The position numbers and the translations under genes were made by a program. Shown here in pieces: positions 48,801-57,208 of a stretch of DNA of 64,000 nucleotides. The notes under the pieces were generated by a model that had not been told where the DNA came from, ran no database searches, and was given only the letters and a program-made list of their open reading frames with translations. This DNA is from an uncultured Bacteroidota bacterium (lineage in GTDB: Bacteria > Bacteroidota > Bacteroidia > Flavobacteriales > BACL11), in NCBI GenBank assembly GCA_902579065.1, contig CACHFI010000001.1:4152-68151 (forward strand), in the 5' to 3' direction. The stretch's first letter is position 1, and each line of letters begins with the position of its first letter.

Positions 48801-48994
48801 TCTTCATCAATATTTGCCTTTATGTTATAATATATATCTTGTTGCCAATATGCAGCATGAGGCATTTTGTTTTTCCAATAATTTGGATTATCAATTTTTC
48901 TGTAAGTATTAGGCTTTTGAAGTGGATCGTAAGCTACCTGAGAAAAGGCAAAATTTGATATAAAGACTAAAAAAGTTAATATATATTTTTTCAT
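45827..48994 (-). CDS. M1-family zinc metallopeptidase domain fused to a C-terminal Omp85-like outer-membrane beta-barrel
   Basis: Has a signal peptide (MKKYILTFLVFISNFAFSQ). The gluzincin signature HEIGH-X18-E lies at nt 47828-47842, with a DGMEYP exopeptidase-like motif. In the C-terminal roughly 400 aa, there are GGLNLRGY (nt 46208-46231, like the Omp85 loop-6 (V/I)RG(Y/F) motif), IFGDAG (nt 46046-46060, like the FxDxG motif) and a terminal ...FGVNKLF. Confidence 0.7.
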   Translation of the reverse strand: MKKYILTFLVFISNFAFSQVAYDPLQKPNTYRKIDNPNYWKNKMPHAAYWQQDIYYNIKANIDEETDIIDAYEELTYWNNSPDTLYFVYFHLYQNAFQPDSYYDKLQKENGKNPKYGKYESKKLGTTVEKITISGMNLKSELDNTILKVYLIEPLVPNDKITFEIKFKTYFDSGEVRRRMKSYDAWGYRHYNGVHWYPRISVYDAKFGWTTDQHLGREFYGNFGTFDVELTFASNFIVEATGNLLNRDEVLPKDLRDKLDVKNFKDKPFNSPPSTIIEYNKEDHKTWKYHAENVHDFAFTADPTYRIGESRWEDKVCYSLVQEPHASKWQNAADFGAECLRVFSEDFGRYVWHKVIVADARDGMEYPMITLDSGTDPGYRDLLAHEIGHMWFFGQVGNNETYRALLDEGFTEFLTAWAMIEIDGENVVEDLPKNSYRKRFHKPQKAIDTEVYNAYIESATRKTDPIISTHSDCFNGALGHGGGYRQVYYKTATMLYNLQYVLGDELFLDAMKYYFNTWKIAHPYNEDFRNAIIQYTNVDLNWFFDQWLDTDKRLDYSVKLKKNEDSDIIIFKRKSRMQMPIDFTVIGNDLKKYNYHIPNNWFVKKTDAEILPKWHGWDKLNPKYEISLDIPTGIKEVIIDPTTRFGDIYMPDNSTSINKTYSYDHLLYQRADWRNYEIKYRPNFWWNSYDGLKIGVNLNGGYLNHHHLFDFNFWINSGQLQNEDLTNKENYDLYSYKLNYNTNLDNYMKYARVGLKSDFIAGLHTNKISFSKYTLDKKSKIEIGLLSYYRTKGENYMLYPEYWDINKFNNRIDLSLEHKYKINEISGEIELSTMSSALFSDYNYNKFILKNINNASIFDLKLKSRIFVQIGTGDNWASESKLYFAGGNNEDLMNNEFTRSTGYIPNEYIGFGSTLNNFHHSGGLNLRGYAGYLIPQEENGNIESFNYSGKSGVAINLEIDLSKYFHIHLMNNELKPYIFGDAGIISNKDINSSNFTEIFTDLRADAGVGITYSLKPLYKMKPLILRLDIPFFLNRPPANEEYLEFRWLFGVNKLF

Positions 48995-49881
48995 ATTTTA
49001 TCTGTTAAGTTTTTTTTTGCATTGAATATGCTAGCATTAAGTTCAAATCCTATCAATAAGAAAATGGCGTTAAAATATATCCAAAGTAAAATTATAATTA
49101 ATGTACCAATAGATCCATAAATTTTATTGTATTGAGAAAAGTTATCAATGTAGTAACTAAAAACAATGGATGTTAAAATAATAAATAATGTTGCAAGAAT
49201 TGCACCTGGAGAAAATATTTTTATTTGGCTTTTAATAGCAGGTCCTAAATTAAAAATTGTGGTAATTCCTAAAAATAACATGAAAATTAGGATTACCCAC
49301 TTTGCAGAGTTTAATAAAACAAGTTTATTTTCATTAATTAATTGATAATCTATCATGAAAATTATTGCAGCTTTTCCGAATATAATTAATATTATAGTTA
49401 GAAAAACTAAAGCTGAAATAACAATAGTTAAAAGAATTGATAGCATTTGATGTTTTATAATTGACTCATTTTCTCTAATATGATATGATGAGTTAAAAGC
49501 TTGAATTAGTGAGCTCATACCGTTGGTGGAAAAGTATAATGCTAAAATAAATCCTATTGATAATAGTCCGCCCCTTTGATTATTTATTATGTCCTCAAGT
49601 GTTGAAAATGTTGCAGAGTTAGTAGATGGAGGTAATACATTTGAAATTATTTCCATTAGGGTTTGTTGAAAACCATCAATTGGTATATAAGGTATTAAGG
49701 TAAAAAAAACAATTATTGAAGGAAAGAAAGCAAGAAAAAAGTTAAATGCTAAAGAAGATGCTCTAGTTGTGATAGCTCCTTCTTGTAATCCTTTTATAAA
49801 AAAAACGGAAACATCATATAAACTAAGGCCAGTAAAACCTAAAGGTTTAATTTTTTTTACAACCTCAATTAATTTATTCAT
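48991..49881 (-). CDS. YihY/BrkB-family inner membrane protein
   Basis: Has six TM helices. The N-terminal ITTRASSLAFNFFLAFFPSII and C-terminal YGS.G..I..L.W.Y blocks are typical of the family. Confidence 0.8.
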   Translation of the reverse strand: MNKLIEVVKKIKPLGFTGLSLYDVSVFFIKGLQEGAITTRASSLAFNFFLAFFPSIIVFFTLIPYIPIDGFQQTLMEIISNVLPPSTNSATFSTLEDIINNQRGGLLSIGFILALYFSTNGMSSLIQAFNSSYHIRENESIIKHQMLSILLTIVISALVFLTIILIIFGKAAIIFMIDYQLINENKLVLLNSAKWVILIFMLFLGITTIFNLGPAIKSQIKIFSPGAILATLFIILTSIVFSYYIDNFSQYNKIYGSIGTLIIILLWIYFNAIFLLIGFELNASIFNAKKNLTDKI

Positions 49882-50720
49882 TTGGCTTTAAGGCTTAGAT
49901 CAAAGTTTCTAATAGAGTGAGTTAAAGTACCTAATGAAATATAGTCAACTCCACATTTTGCATATTCTAAAATGTTATTTTCGGTTATACCTCCGGATGA
50001 TTCTGTTTCAAAGCGATTATTAATAAAATTTACAGCTTGTTGTGTTTGTTTATAATCAAAATTGTCTAATAGTATTCTAGTTATTCCTCCTTCATTTATT
50101 ATTTCTTTAATTTCATCTAAGTTTCTAGTTTCCACAACTATATCAAGATTTAAATCATGATCCTTTAGGTATTTTTTGGTTCTTTTGATTGCTTGAGATA
50201 TTCCTCCACAAAAGTCAATATGATTATCCTTAATCATAATCATGTCATCCAAAGCATATCGATGATTTACTCCACCTCCAATCTTAACTGCCCATTTTTG
50301 TATGTGTCTGTTTAATGGAAAAGTTTTTCGTGTATCTAGAATTTTTGTTTTGGTAGAGGATATTTTATTACATATATTTTTTGTTTTAGTAGCAATTGCA
50401 CTCATTAGTTGCATACAATTCAAAACAAGTCGCTCAGCTTTTAAAATAGATTGAGTAGACCCTTTAATTTTTAAAACTATATCATTCATTTTAACAGTGT
50501 CTCCATCATTCAATTTTATATCAATTTCTAATTTATCATCAACTTTTTTGAAAATATAATTTGCTAATTCAGTTCCAGCAATAATTCCATTATCTTTAGC
50601 AATAATATTTGCTTCACTTACATTATTATTATTTATGCACGCTAAGGATGTGAAATCTCCTTTTCTTATATCTTCATTAAGAGAATCATTAACAAATTTT
50701 TCAAGTTCTTTATTAATCAT
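49878..50720 (-). CDS. nadC: Nicotinate-nucleotide diphosphorylase (carboxylating)
   Basis: Contains AER..LN, LDTRKT.P, KWAVKIGGG.NHR and IKDNHI blocks. ATG 50720 (MINKELEKF..) is preferred over the track start at 50747. Confidence 0.9.
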   Translation of the reverse strand: MINKELEKFVNDSLNEDIRKGDFTSLACINNNNVSEANIIAKDNGIIAGTELANYIFKKVDDKLEIDIKLNDGDTVKMNDIVLKIKGSTQSILKAERLVLNCMQLMSAIATKTKNICNKISSTKTKILDTRKTFPLNRHIQKWAVKIGGGVNHRYALDDMIMIKDNHIDFCGGISQAIKRTKKYLKDHDLNLDIVVETRNLDEIKEIINEGGITRILLDNFDYKQTQQAVNFINNRFETESSGGITENNILEYAKCGVDYISLGTLTHSIRNFDLSLKAK

Positions 50721-50759
50721 TAAATGGTAAATTACTAATATTGTCAAAAATACAAAATA

Positions 50760-51233
50760 ATGAAGATTTTATTGTTGTCCAATGGTAGGACATCGGATGA
50801 AAATATTAGAAAACAGTTGTTAGATTTTAATAAAAGATTGTCTCATTATATTGATTTTAATCATTTAGAAATTCCAAATGTTAAGAATGCAAACAATTTA
50901 AATTCATCTCAGCTTAAGCAAAAGGAAGGAGATATGATTAATAAATATATTTTGAAGGGAGATTATATTATATTATTAGATGAAAATGGTAAATCCTACA
51001 GCTCAATTGAATTTTCAAAGAAAATTGAAAATTTTATGATTAATAGCTTTAAACGTATTGTTTTTATTATTGCAGGGGCATATGGTTTTTCTGATAAAGT
51101 TTATAGTATGGCAGATGAAAAAATATCGTTATCTAAAATGACCTTTAATCATCAAATGATAAGAGTATTTTTCTATGAACAACTTTATAGAGCATTTACA
51201 ATTATTAAAAATGAAAAATATCATAATCAATAA
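50760..51233 (+). CDS. rlmH: 23S rRNA (pseudouridine1915-N3)-methyltransferase
   Basis: 157-aa SPOUT protein with F.IAGAYGFS and LS.MTF.HQM.RV...EQLYRA blocks. Confidence 0.9.
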   Translation: MKILLLSNGRTSDENIRKQLLDFNKRLSHYIDFNHLEIPNVKNANNLNSSQLKQKEGDMINKYILKGDYIILLDENGKSYSSIEFSKKIENFMINSFKRIVFIIAGAYGFSDKVYSMADEKISLSKMTFNHQMIRVFFYEQLYRAFTIIKNEKYHNQ

Positions 51234-51814
51234 TGAATATTGTTTTTGTTACAAATAATCAAAACAAACTCAGTGAGATTAAAAATTTAGTTTCATCAAA
51301 TTATAATATTTTAAGTTTAAAAGATATTGATTTTCACAATGATATTGAAGAAACAGAAAATACATTAGAGGGAAATGCTATGCTTAAAGCTAAATGTATT
51401 CATTCAAGATTTGGGCTTGATTGTTTTGCAGATGATACGGGTTTAGAAATTGATGTTTTAGATTGCAAACCAGGAGTTTATTCAGCAAGATATGCTGGTC
51501 CACAATGCAATGCAAAAGACAATATTGAAAAAGTATTATCAGAGTTAAAAAATTTCGAAAACCGAAATGCTAAATTTATTACTGTAATAGCATTAATTTT
51601 AAACGGAAAACAAATTTTTTTTAAAGGAGAGTGTAAAGGGTATATAACAAAAATTCCTAGAGGACAAGATGGATTTGGTTATGATCCAATTTTTCAACCT
51701 CTAACATCGAAATTAACTTTTGCAGAAATGAATCAGTCTGAAAAGGGAAAAATTAGTCACAGAGGAATTGCTGTAAAAAAATTAATTGATTATTTAAATA
51801 AACAAAATAATTAA
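51233..51814 (+). CDS. rdgB: Non-canonical purine NTP pyrophosphatase (RdgB/HAM1 family)
   Basis: Contains FVTNN.NK..E, ADDTGLE and GFGYDPIF...SHR motifs. Confidence 0.9.
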   Translation: MNIVFVTNNQNKLSEIKNLVSSNYNILSLKDIDFHNDIEETENTLEGNAMLKAKCIHSRFGLDCFADDTGLEIDVLDCKPGVYSARYAGPQCNAKDNIEKVLSELKNFENRNAKFITVIALILNGKQIFFKGECKGYITKIPRGQDGFGYDPIFQPLTSKLTFAEMNQSEKGKISHRGIAVKKLIDYLNKQNN

Positions 51815-52287
51815 ATTTTAAAAAAGTTTTTTAACTCTTCTGAGTTGGGAATCAACTTTGAAATATCTCCATTATTATTTATAATATCTCTAACGATTGT
51901 GGATGAAATATGAGAATACTTTGGTAATGTTGGTATTAGCAGAGTTTCAACTTTAGAATTTAATTCTCTATTGTTCTGTGCTATCTTTTTTTCAAATTCA
52001 AAATCTTTTTCATCTCTTACACCACGAATAATAAAATTAGACTCATATTTATTACACAAATCAACAGTTAATCCTGAGTAATTAATCACTTTTATTTTTG
52101 TTATTTCTTTAAAAATATTTTCAATCCACTCTTTGTTTTTTTCAGCTGGATAGCTATTGTCTTTTAAAGAGTTCTTTCCTATGGCAATAATTATTGTGTC
52201 AAATAGAGGAATCATTCTTTTAATTATGGAATAATGTCCATATGTAAAAGGCGAAAAAGAACCAGGAAAAACAGCAATTTTTTTCAT
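51811..52287 (-). CDS. coaD: Pantetheine-phosphate adenylyltransferase
   Basis: Contains the AVFPGSFSPFTYGH nucleotidyltransferase motif and ISST.VR. Its stop overlaps the rdgB stop within TTAA. Confidence 0.92.
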   Translation of the reverse strand: MKKIAVFPGSFSPFTYGHYSIIKRMIPLFDTIIIAIGKNSLKDNSYPAEKNKEWIENIFKEITKIKVINYSGLTVDLCNKYESNFIIRGVRDEKDFEFEKKIAQNNRELNSKVETLLIPTLPKYSHISSTIVRDIINNNGDISKLIPNSEELKNFFKI

Positions 52288-52292
52288 ATTAC

Positions 52293-52817
52293 TTATATGT
52301 TAAACATAGTAAAAAAAACACTTCCATATTTTCTAACTTCCATATTTTTTTCATCAAATCTTGTTGTTTTATCATGTTCAATAATTAAACATCCATCCTT
52401 ATTTAAAATTTTTCTTTCAATAATTAAATCTTTTAAATCATGATATCTTTTGTAATTATATGGAGGATCCATAAATATAATATCAAAATTCTCATCAGTT
52501 TTTTCTATGAACTTAAATGAATCTGATAATATAGTTTTTATTTTAAAATTTAGATTTTGATTTGTCTTTTTAATGAAGTTAATACATTTAGGATTTATAT
52601 CGACTGCTGTAATTTCATAAGTATTTCTTGATGAAAATTCATAGCTTAAGTTGCCGGTTCCGCTAAAAAGATCTAAAATTCTTTTTTCAGATAAGTTGTA
52701 TCTGTTTTCAAGAATATTAAAGACACTTTCCTTTGCTCTATCTGTTGTTGGTCTGACTGGTAAACTTTTAGGTGCTTGAATTTTTTTTCCTTTGTGATTA
52801 CCCGAAATTATACGCAT
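52293..52817 (-). CDS. rsmD: 16S rRNA (guanine966-N2)-methyltransferase
   Basis: Contains MRIISG..KG..I......RPTTDR.KE.VFN, LDLF.GTG and DPPY motifs. Confidence 0.9.
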   Translation of the reverse strand: MRIISGNHKGKKIQAPKSLPVRPTTDRAKESVFNILENRYNLSEKRILDLFSGTGNLSYEFSSRNTYEITAVDINPKCINFIKKTNQNLNFKIKTILSDSFKFIEKTDENFDIIFMDPPYNYKRYHDLKDLIIERKILNKDGCLIIEHDKTTRFDEKNMEVRKYGSVFFTMFNI

Positions 52818-53632
52818 AAAAATTGTCTATATAGAATGTTGTAACAATGATCTTCGATATTATTAAATTCATTACTGCATGATATGTCTTTTAGTTTATT
52901 GCCGAATTTTATATTTCTAATATATTGATAAAGAATATTATATTCTTTTTTACTAATATTTCCATAAATAACCGTATTTATTTCTTCATTAGAAAAATTA
53001 AGTTGTTGAATTGAAAAAAGAACATAAAATAATAAATCTTCCTTTGTTTGATATTCAAATTTATTTTGAAAAATAAGCTTATTACCTTTCGTAACAACAA
53101 TATTGATGTATGAATCTTTTAAAAACAAAAACATTGTTTCTTGTAGATTATTTAATGATAAAAAATTATTAATTAAAATAGAGCTGTTCGAACGAATAAT
53201 TGCTTCAGGAATTACATTTTTAACAGTTTGAAAAATTGTATTTGGTATTCCGTATAAATTGATAATTTTAGATTTAAGTTCATCTATTACTAATTCTTCG
53301 TTTGTTAATGAATGATTAACCAAAAAAATATTTTTCTTATCTTTTTCATTATATAATTCTTTTGGAATAAGTGTGTTAGGAAAATTAACAAACGAAATTG
53401 ATTTTGATAAAAACTCTCTCGTTATAAATTCATCCTCGTTAAGGATCTTTAATAGATTTTGTGATTTATAGTTTTGAGAAAATAATAAATAACATCTGTA
53501 TTTGTTTTTGTCAACAATACAATATGAAATTGATTTGTCACTAAGTTCTATTGAAAGATGATAGTTTGAAATCTGTAGTGAATCAAATGTACTATCTTTA
53601 ATTAGGGTTTTATTATTCTCCCCAGTTACCAT
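52808..53632 (-). CDS. DUF3822-family protein
   Basis: 274 aa. Its position directly upstream of rsmD and coaD and its general pattern match what I recall for DUF3822 in Bacteroidota. Not searched. Confidence 0.5.
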   Translation of the reverse strand: MVTGENNKTLIKDSTFDSLQISNYHLSIELSDKSISYCIVDKNKYRCYLLFSQNYKSQNLLKILNEDEFITREFLSKSISFVNFPNTLIPKELYNEKDKKNIFLVNHSLTNEELVIDELKSKIINLYGIPNTIFQTVKNVIPEAIIRSNSSILINNFLSLNNLQETMFLFLKDSYINIVVTKGNKLIFQNKFEYQTKEDLLFYVLFSIQQLNFSNEEINTVIYGNISKKEYNILYQYIRNIKFGNKLKDISCSNEFNNIEDHCYNILYRQFLCV

Positions 53633-54248
53633 TTAATGAAGCTTCTGTCATTGACCCAACTTTTAAAAAGCTGTTTAAATCGTATTTTTTATTTTCAGCA
53701 TCCAATCCATTAAATACATCTTTGAATGTTACTGAGATTTCAAATACTTGAACACTAACTTTACCTTTTTCAATAACATTGGCATCAATGTTGTATTGTT
53801 TATTTGTATTAGGAATTTCAGTTATGGAATTTATGTCAAAAGGATATTGATTATTTCTTGTTTTTAAATATGTTTCATTAAAAATAGATTCTTTGGCAGA
53901 AACATAAAATGTATCTCTACTTATTAAACCCATTTCTAAGGCTTGCGCATCGCTAATTTGCTGACCATTAATCAAAGAGTCTGGAGTTTCACCTACAGAT
54001 TTGATTATTGTTGTTGAATCATTTTCTAAAAAATCAATTAATGAAGTGAAATTATCAGCAAAAACTTCATTTTCTCTTTTATAGGCAATTTGCAATGTTC
54101 TCAGATCTTTAAGTTTTTGAACGTTTTCAGCAATTCTTTCCTTTGCTAGTTTATTGAATTCAACTTCACTACTAATGCTATCGTAAACAAAAAAAGCAAG
54201 TATTAAGTTAATTGGGATGAGAATTAGAGTGATCTTTTTAGCGTTCAT
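53613..54248 (-). CDS. Membrane-anchored hypothetical protein
   Basis: Has an N-terminal anchor (MNAKKITLILIPINLILAFFVY), a coiled region, then a soluble domain. The start was chosen at the second ATG; the track start is 54272. Confidence 0.6.
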   Translation of the reverse strand: MNAKKITLILIPINLILAFFVYDSISSEVEFNKLAKERIAENVQKLKDLRTLQIAYKRENEVFADNFTSLIDFLENDSTTIIKSVGETPDSLINGQQISDAQALEMGLISRDTFYVSAKESIFNETYLKTRNNQYPFDINSITEIPNTNKQYNIDANVIEKGKVSVQVFEISVTFKDVFNGLDAENKKYDLNSFLKVGSMTEASLNGNWGE

Positions 54249-54330
54249 TTTGTTGTTATTTAATTGGTGCAAATTTACAATTTTTGATGAAAGTATTTTA
54301 AATTGTTGTTTCTTTGTATAAAATGCATTT

Positions 54331-54882
54331 ATGTTTAGATTTTTATCAAAATTAATTTTTAAGATTAATGGCTGGAAGGTCGAAGATACGGTAACCTATC
54401 CTAAAAAATGTATAATTATAGCTGCTCCTCATACTTCGAACTGGGATTTTTTAATTGGAAGATGTTATGGTTATATTCAAAAAATTTATCCAAAATACTT
54501 AATAAAAAGTGAACTTTTTTATCCTATTTTAGGAACTATTTTAAGGTTAAATGGAGGTATACCTGTATACAGAAGGCAAAAAAATAATGTTGTTGACCAA
54601 ATTGTAGAAAGATTTAATAATTCTGAAACCTTTAGATTGGGAATTGCTCCTGAAGGAACTAGAAAAAGAGTCCCAAAATGGAAAACGGGATTTTATCATA
54701 TTGCATTTAAATCTGGAGTGCCCATTGTTTTTTGTAAGTTTGATTTCAAAACAAAAACTGTTGGTGCATTTGATATAATTAACCCTTCCGGAGATTTTAA
54801 ATCTGACATGAATTATATTGAAAATGCTTTTAAAGATTTTCAAGGTAAAATTATTGAAAATTATAATCCTAAAATTTATTAA
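54331..54882 (+). CDS. PlsC-family acyltransferase (1-acyl-sn-glycerol-3-phosphate acyltransferase-like)
   Basis: Has the HxxxxD-type motif AAPHTSNWDF and PEGTR in the expected order. Confidence 0.75.
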   Translation: MFRFLSKLIFKINGWKVEDTVTYPKKCIIIAAPHTSNWDFLIGRCYGYIQKIYPKYLIKSELFYPILGTILRLNGGIPVYRRQKNNVVDQIVERFNNSETFRLGIAPEGTRKRVPKWKTGFYHIAFKSGVPIVFCKFDFKTKTVGAFDIINPSGDFKSDMNYIENAFKDFQGKIIENYNPKIY

Positions 54883-54975
54883 TAAATTGTTTAAAACATC
54901 TTTTGAAAAGCTTTTTGTTTTTCATTAGACTACCTTGTAAATTATATCTTTGTTTATACATAAATTTTTAAATGA

Positions 54976-57207
54976 ATGGATAATCAAAACAATATTTCAA
55001 CTGTAGAGCAGGCACAAGAAATGGGTTTGTTGCCTGAAGAATTTGATAGAATTAAAGAGATATTAGGGAGAACTCCTAACTTTTGTGAGCTAAGTATTTT
55101 TGGTGTTATGTGGTCTGAACATTGTTCATATAAAAATTCAATAGTATGGCTTAAGAAATTACCTAAAGATGGTCCTCATATGCTTGTTGAAGCAGGAGAA
55201 GAAAATGCGGGTCTAGTAGATATTGGTGATGGATTAGCATGTTGTTTTAAAATAGAATCACATAATCATCCATCAGCTTTAGAACCTTATCAAGGCGCTG
55301 CTACTGGAGTGGGAGGTATAAATAGAGATATTTTTACAATGGGTGCTCGCCCAATAGCTCAATTGAATTCTCTTCGTTTTGGAAACATTGATTTAGATAG
55401 AACAAAGTGGCTTGTAAAGGGTGTTTCAAAAGGGATAGGAGATTATGGTAATGCATTTGGAATTCCTATTGTTGGAGGAGAAATTTTCTTTGATAAATGT
55501 TATAATACAAATCCTTTAGTAAATGCATTTTCTGCGGGAATTATGAAAAAGGGCGAAATGATTTCTGCAACATCTACAGGAGTTAATAATCCTATTTTTA
55601 TTGTTGGTTCTAGAACAGGAAAAGATGGTATACATGGTGCCTCTTTTGCCTCAAAAGATATTACAGAAGATTCTGCTGAAGATTTACCTGCTGTTCAAGT
55701 TGGAGATCCATTTCAAGAAAAACTATTGCTAGAAGCAACATTAGAGTTAGCAAAAACAGATGCAATTGTTGGAATGCAAGATATGGGTGCAGCTGGAATT
55801 ACATGTTCAACCAATGAGATGAGTGCTGCTGGAAAACATGGAATGATTATTAATTTAGATAAAGTTCCAACTAGACAAGCTAATATGAAAGATTGGGAAA
55901 TTTTATTATCTGAATCTCAAGAGAGAATGTTAGTTGTTGTAGAAAAAGGGAAAGAAAATATTGTTAAAGAAATTTTTGACAAATGGGATCTATCTTGCGA
56001 AGAAATAGGGGAAGTAACAAAGGGAGATAGAGTTAAGTACTTTATGCACGGAGATTTAGTTGCTGATGTGCCATGTGCTGATCTTGTTTTAGGTGGAGGA
56101 GCTCCTGTATATCACAGAGAATATTCAGAACCAGCTTATTTTAAGCGTTTTCAGCAATTTGATATCAATAATATTGAAGAACCATATGATCTTGTATCAG
56201 TTGCAAAATTTCTAACATCAAGTCCAAATATTGCCTCTAAAAGATTTGTTTATGAGCAATATGATTCAATGGTTGGTACAGCTAATATGTCTACAAATTT
56301 TCCAACTGATGCAGGTATAGTTAATTTAAAAGATTCAAAAAAGGCATTAGCAATGACTGTTGATTGTAATGCGAGGATGGTTAATGCAAATCCAGAAGAA
56401 GGTTGTGCTATGGCTGTAGCTGAAGCAGCTCGAAATATAGTATGTTCAGGTGGTATGCCATCAGCAATAACTAATTGTTTAAATTTTGGTAATCCATATA
56501 ATCCAGAAGTTTATTGGCAATTTGTTGGTTCAATTAAAGGAATGGCAAAATCGTGCAAAAAATTTAGTACTCCAGTTACTGGAGGAAATGTCAGTTTTTA
56601 TAATCAATCTGCTATTGATGGAGTAGAGGTTCCTGTTTTTCCAACACCAACTATTGGTATGTTGGGTATTATAGAAGATAAGGAAAATATCATGTCATTA
56701 GCATTTAAAAATTCTGATTCATTAATCTATTTAATTGGGGAATCAAAAAATGATATTAGTTGTTCAGAATACTTAGCATCATATCATAATTTTCACGAGT
56801 CATCAACGCCTCCTTTTGATTTAGATATTGAATATGAATTACAACAAACCACTTCTAATTTAATTAAAGATAAATTGATTCTTTCTGCTCATGATGTAGC
56901 TGATGGAGGGTTATTTATTGCTCTTTTAGAAAGTTCAATGTATAATGATTTAGGATTTTCTATAAATACATTGGATAATATAAGGCAAGATGCATTTCTA
57001 TTTGGTGAATCTCCCTCAAGAATTGTTGTTTCGATAGAACCAAAAAATAAAGATGCATTTGAAAAATTTATGCTTTCAACTAATACTGCATTTAATCATT
57101 TAGGAAATGTTACTTCGGGAGATATTATAATTGATAATGAATCATTTGGAAATTCAGAGGAATACAAAAATATATACGATACTTCTATATCCGAAAAGAT
57201 GAAATAA
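54976..57207 (+). CDS. purL: Phosphoribosylformylglycinamidine synthase subunit PurL (short, FGAM synthase II type)
   Basis: 743 aa with two AIR-synthase-like repeats. Contains CSYK.S, ESHNHPSALEPYQGAATGVGG..RD and DMGAAG motifs. Confidence 0.93.
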   Translation: MDNQNNISTVEQAQEMGLLPEEFDRIKEILGRTPNFCELSIFGVMWSEHCSYKNSIVWLKKLPKDGPHMLVEAGEENAGLVDIGDGLACCFKIESHNHPSALEPYQGAATGVGGINRDIFTMGARPIAQLNSLRFGNIDLDRTKWLVKGVSKGIGDYGNAFGIPIVGGEIFFDKCYNTNPLVNAFSAGIMKKGEMISATSTGVNNPIFIVGSRTGKDGIHGASFASKDITEDSAEDLPAVQVGDPFQEKLLLEATLELAKTDAIVGMQDMGAAGITCSTNEMSAAGKHGMIINLDKVPTRQANMKDWEILLSESQERMLVVVEKGKENIVKEIFDKWDLSCEEIGEVTKGDRVKYFMHGDLVADVPCADLVLGGGAPVYHREYSEPAYFKRFQQFDINNIEEPYDLVSVAKFLTSSPNIASKRFVYEQYDSMVGTANMSTNFPTDAGIVNLKDSKKALAMTVDCNARMVNANPEEGCAMAVAEAARNIVCSGGMPSAITNCLNFGNPYNPEVYWQFVGSIKGMAKSCKKFSTPVTGGNVSFYNQSAIDGVEVPVFPTPTIGMLGIIEDKENIMSLAFKNSDSLIYLIGESKNDISCSEYLASYHNFHESSTPPFDLDIEYELQQTTSNLIKDKLILSAHDVADGGLFIALLESSMYNDLGFSINTLDNIRQDAFLFGESPSRIVVSIEPKNKDAFEKFMLSTNTAFNHLGNVTSGDIIIDNESFGNSEEYKNIYDTSISEKMK

Positions 57208-57208
57208 T

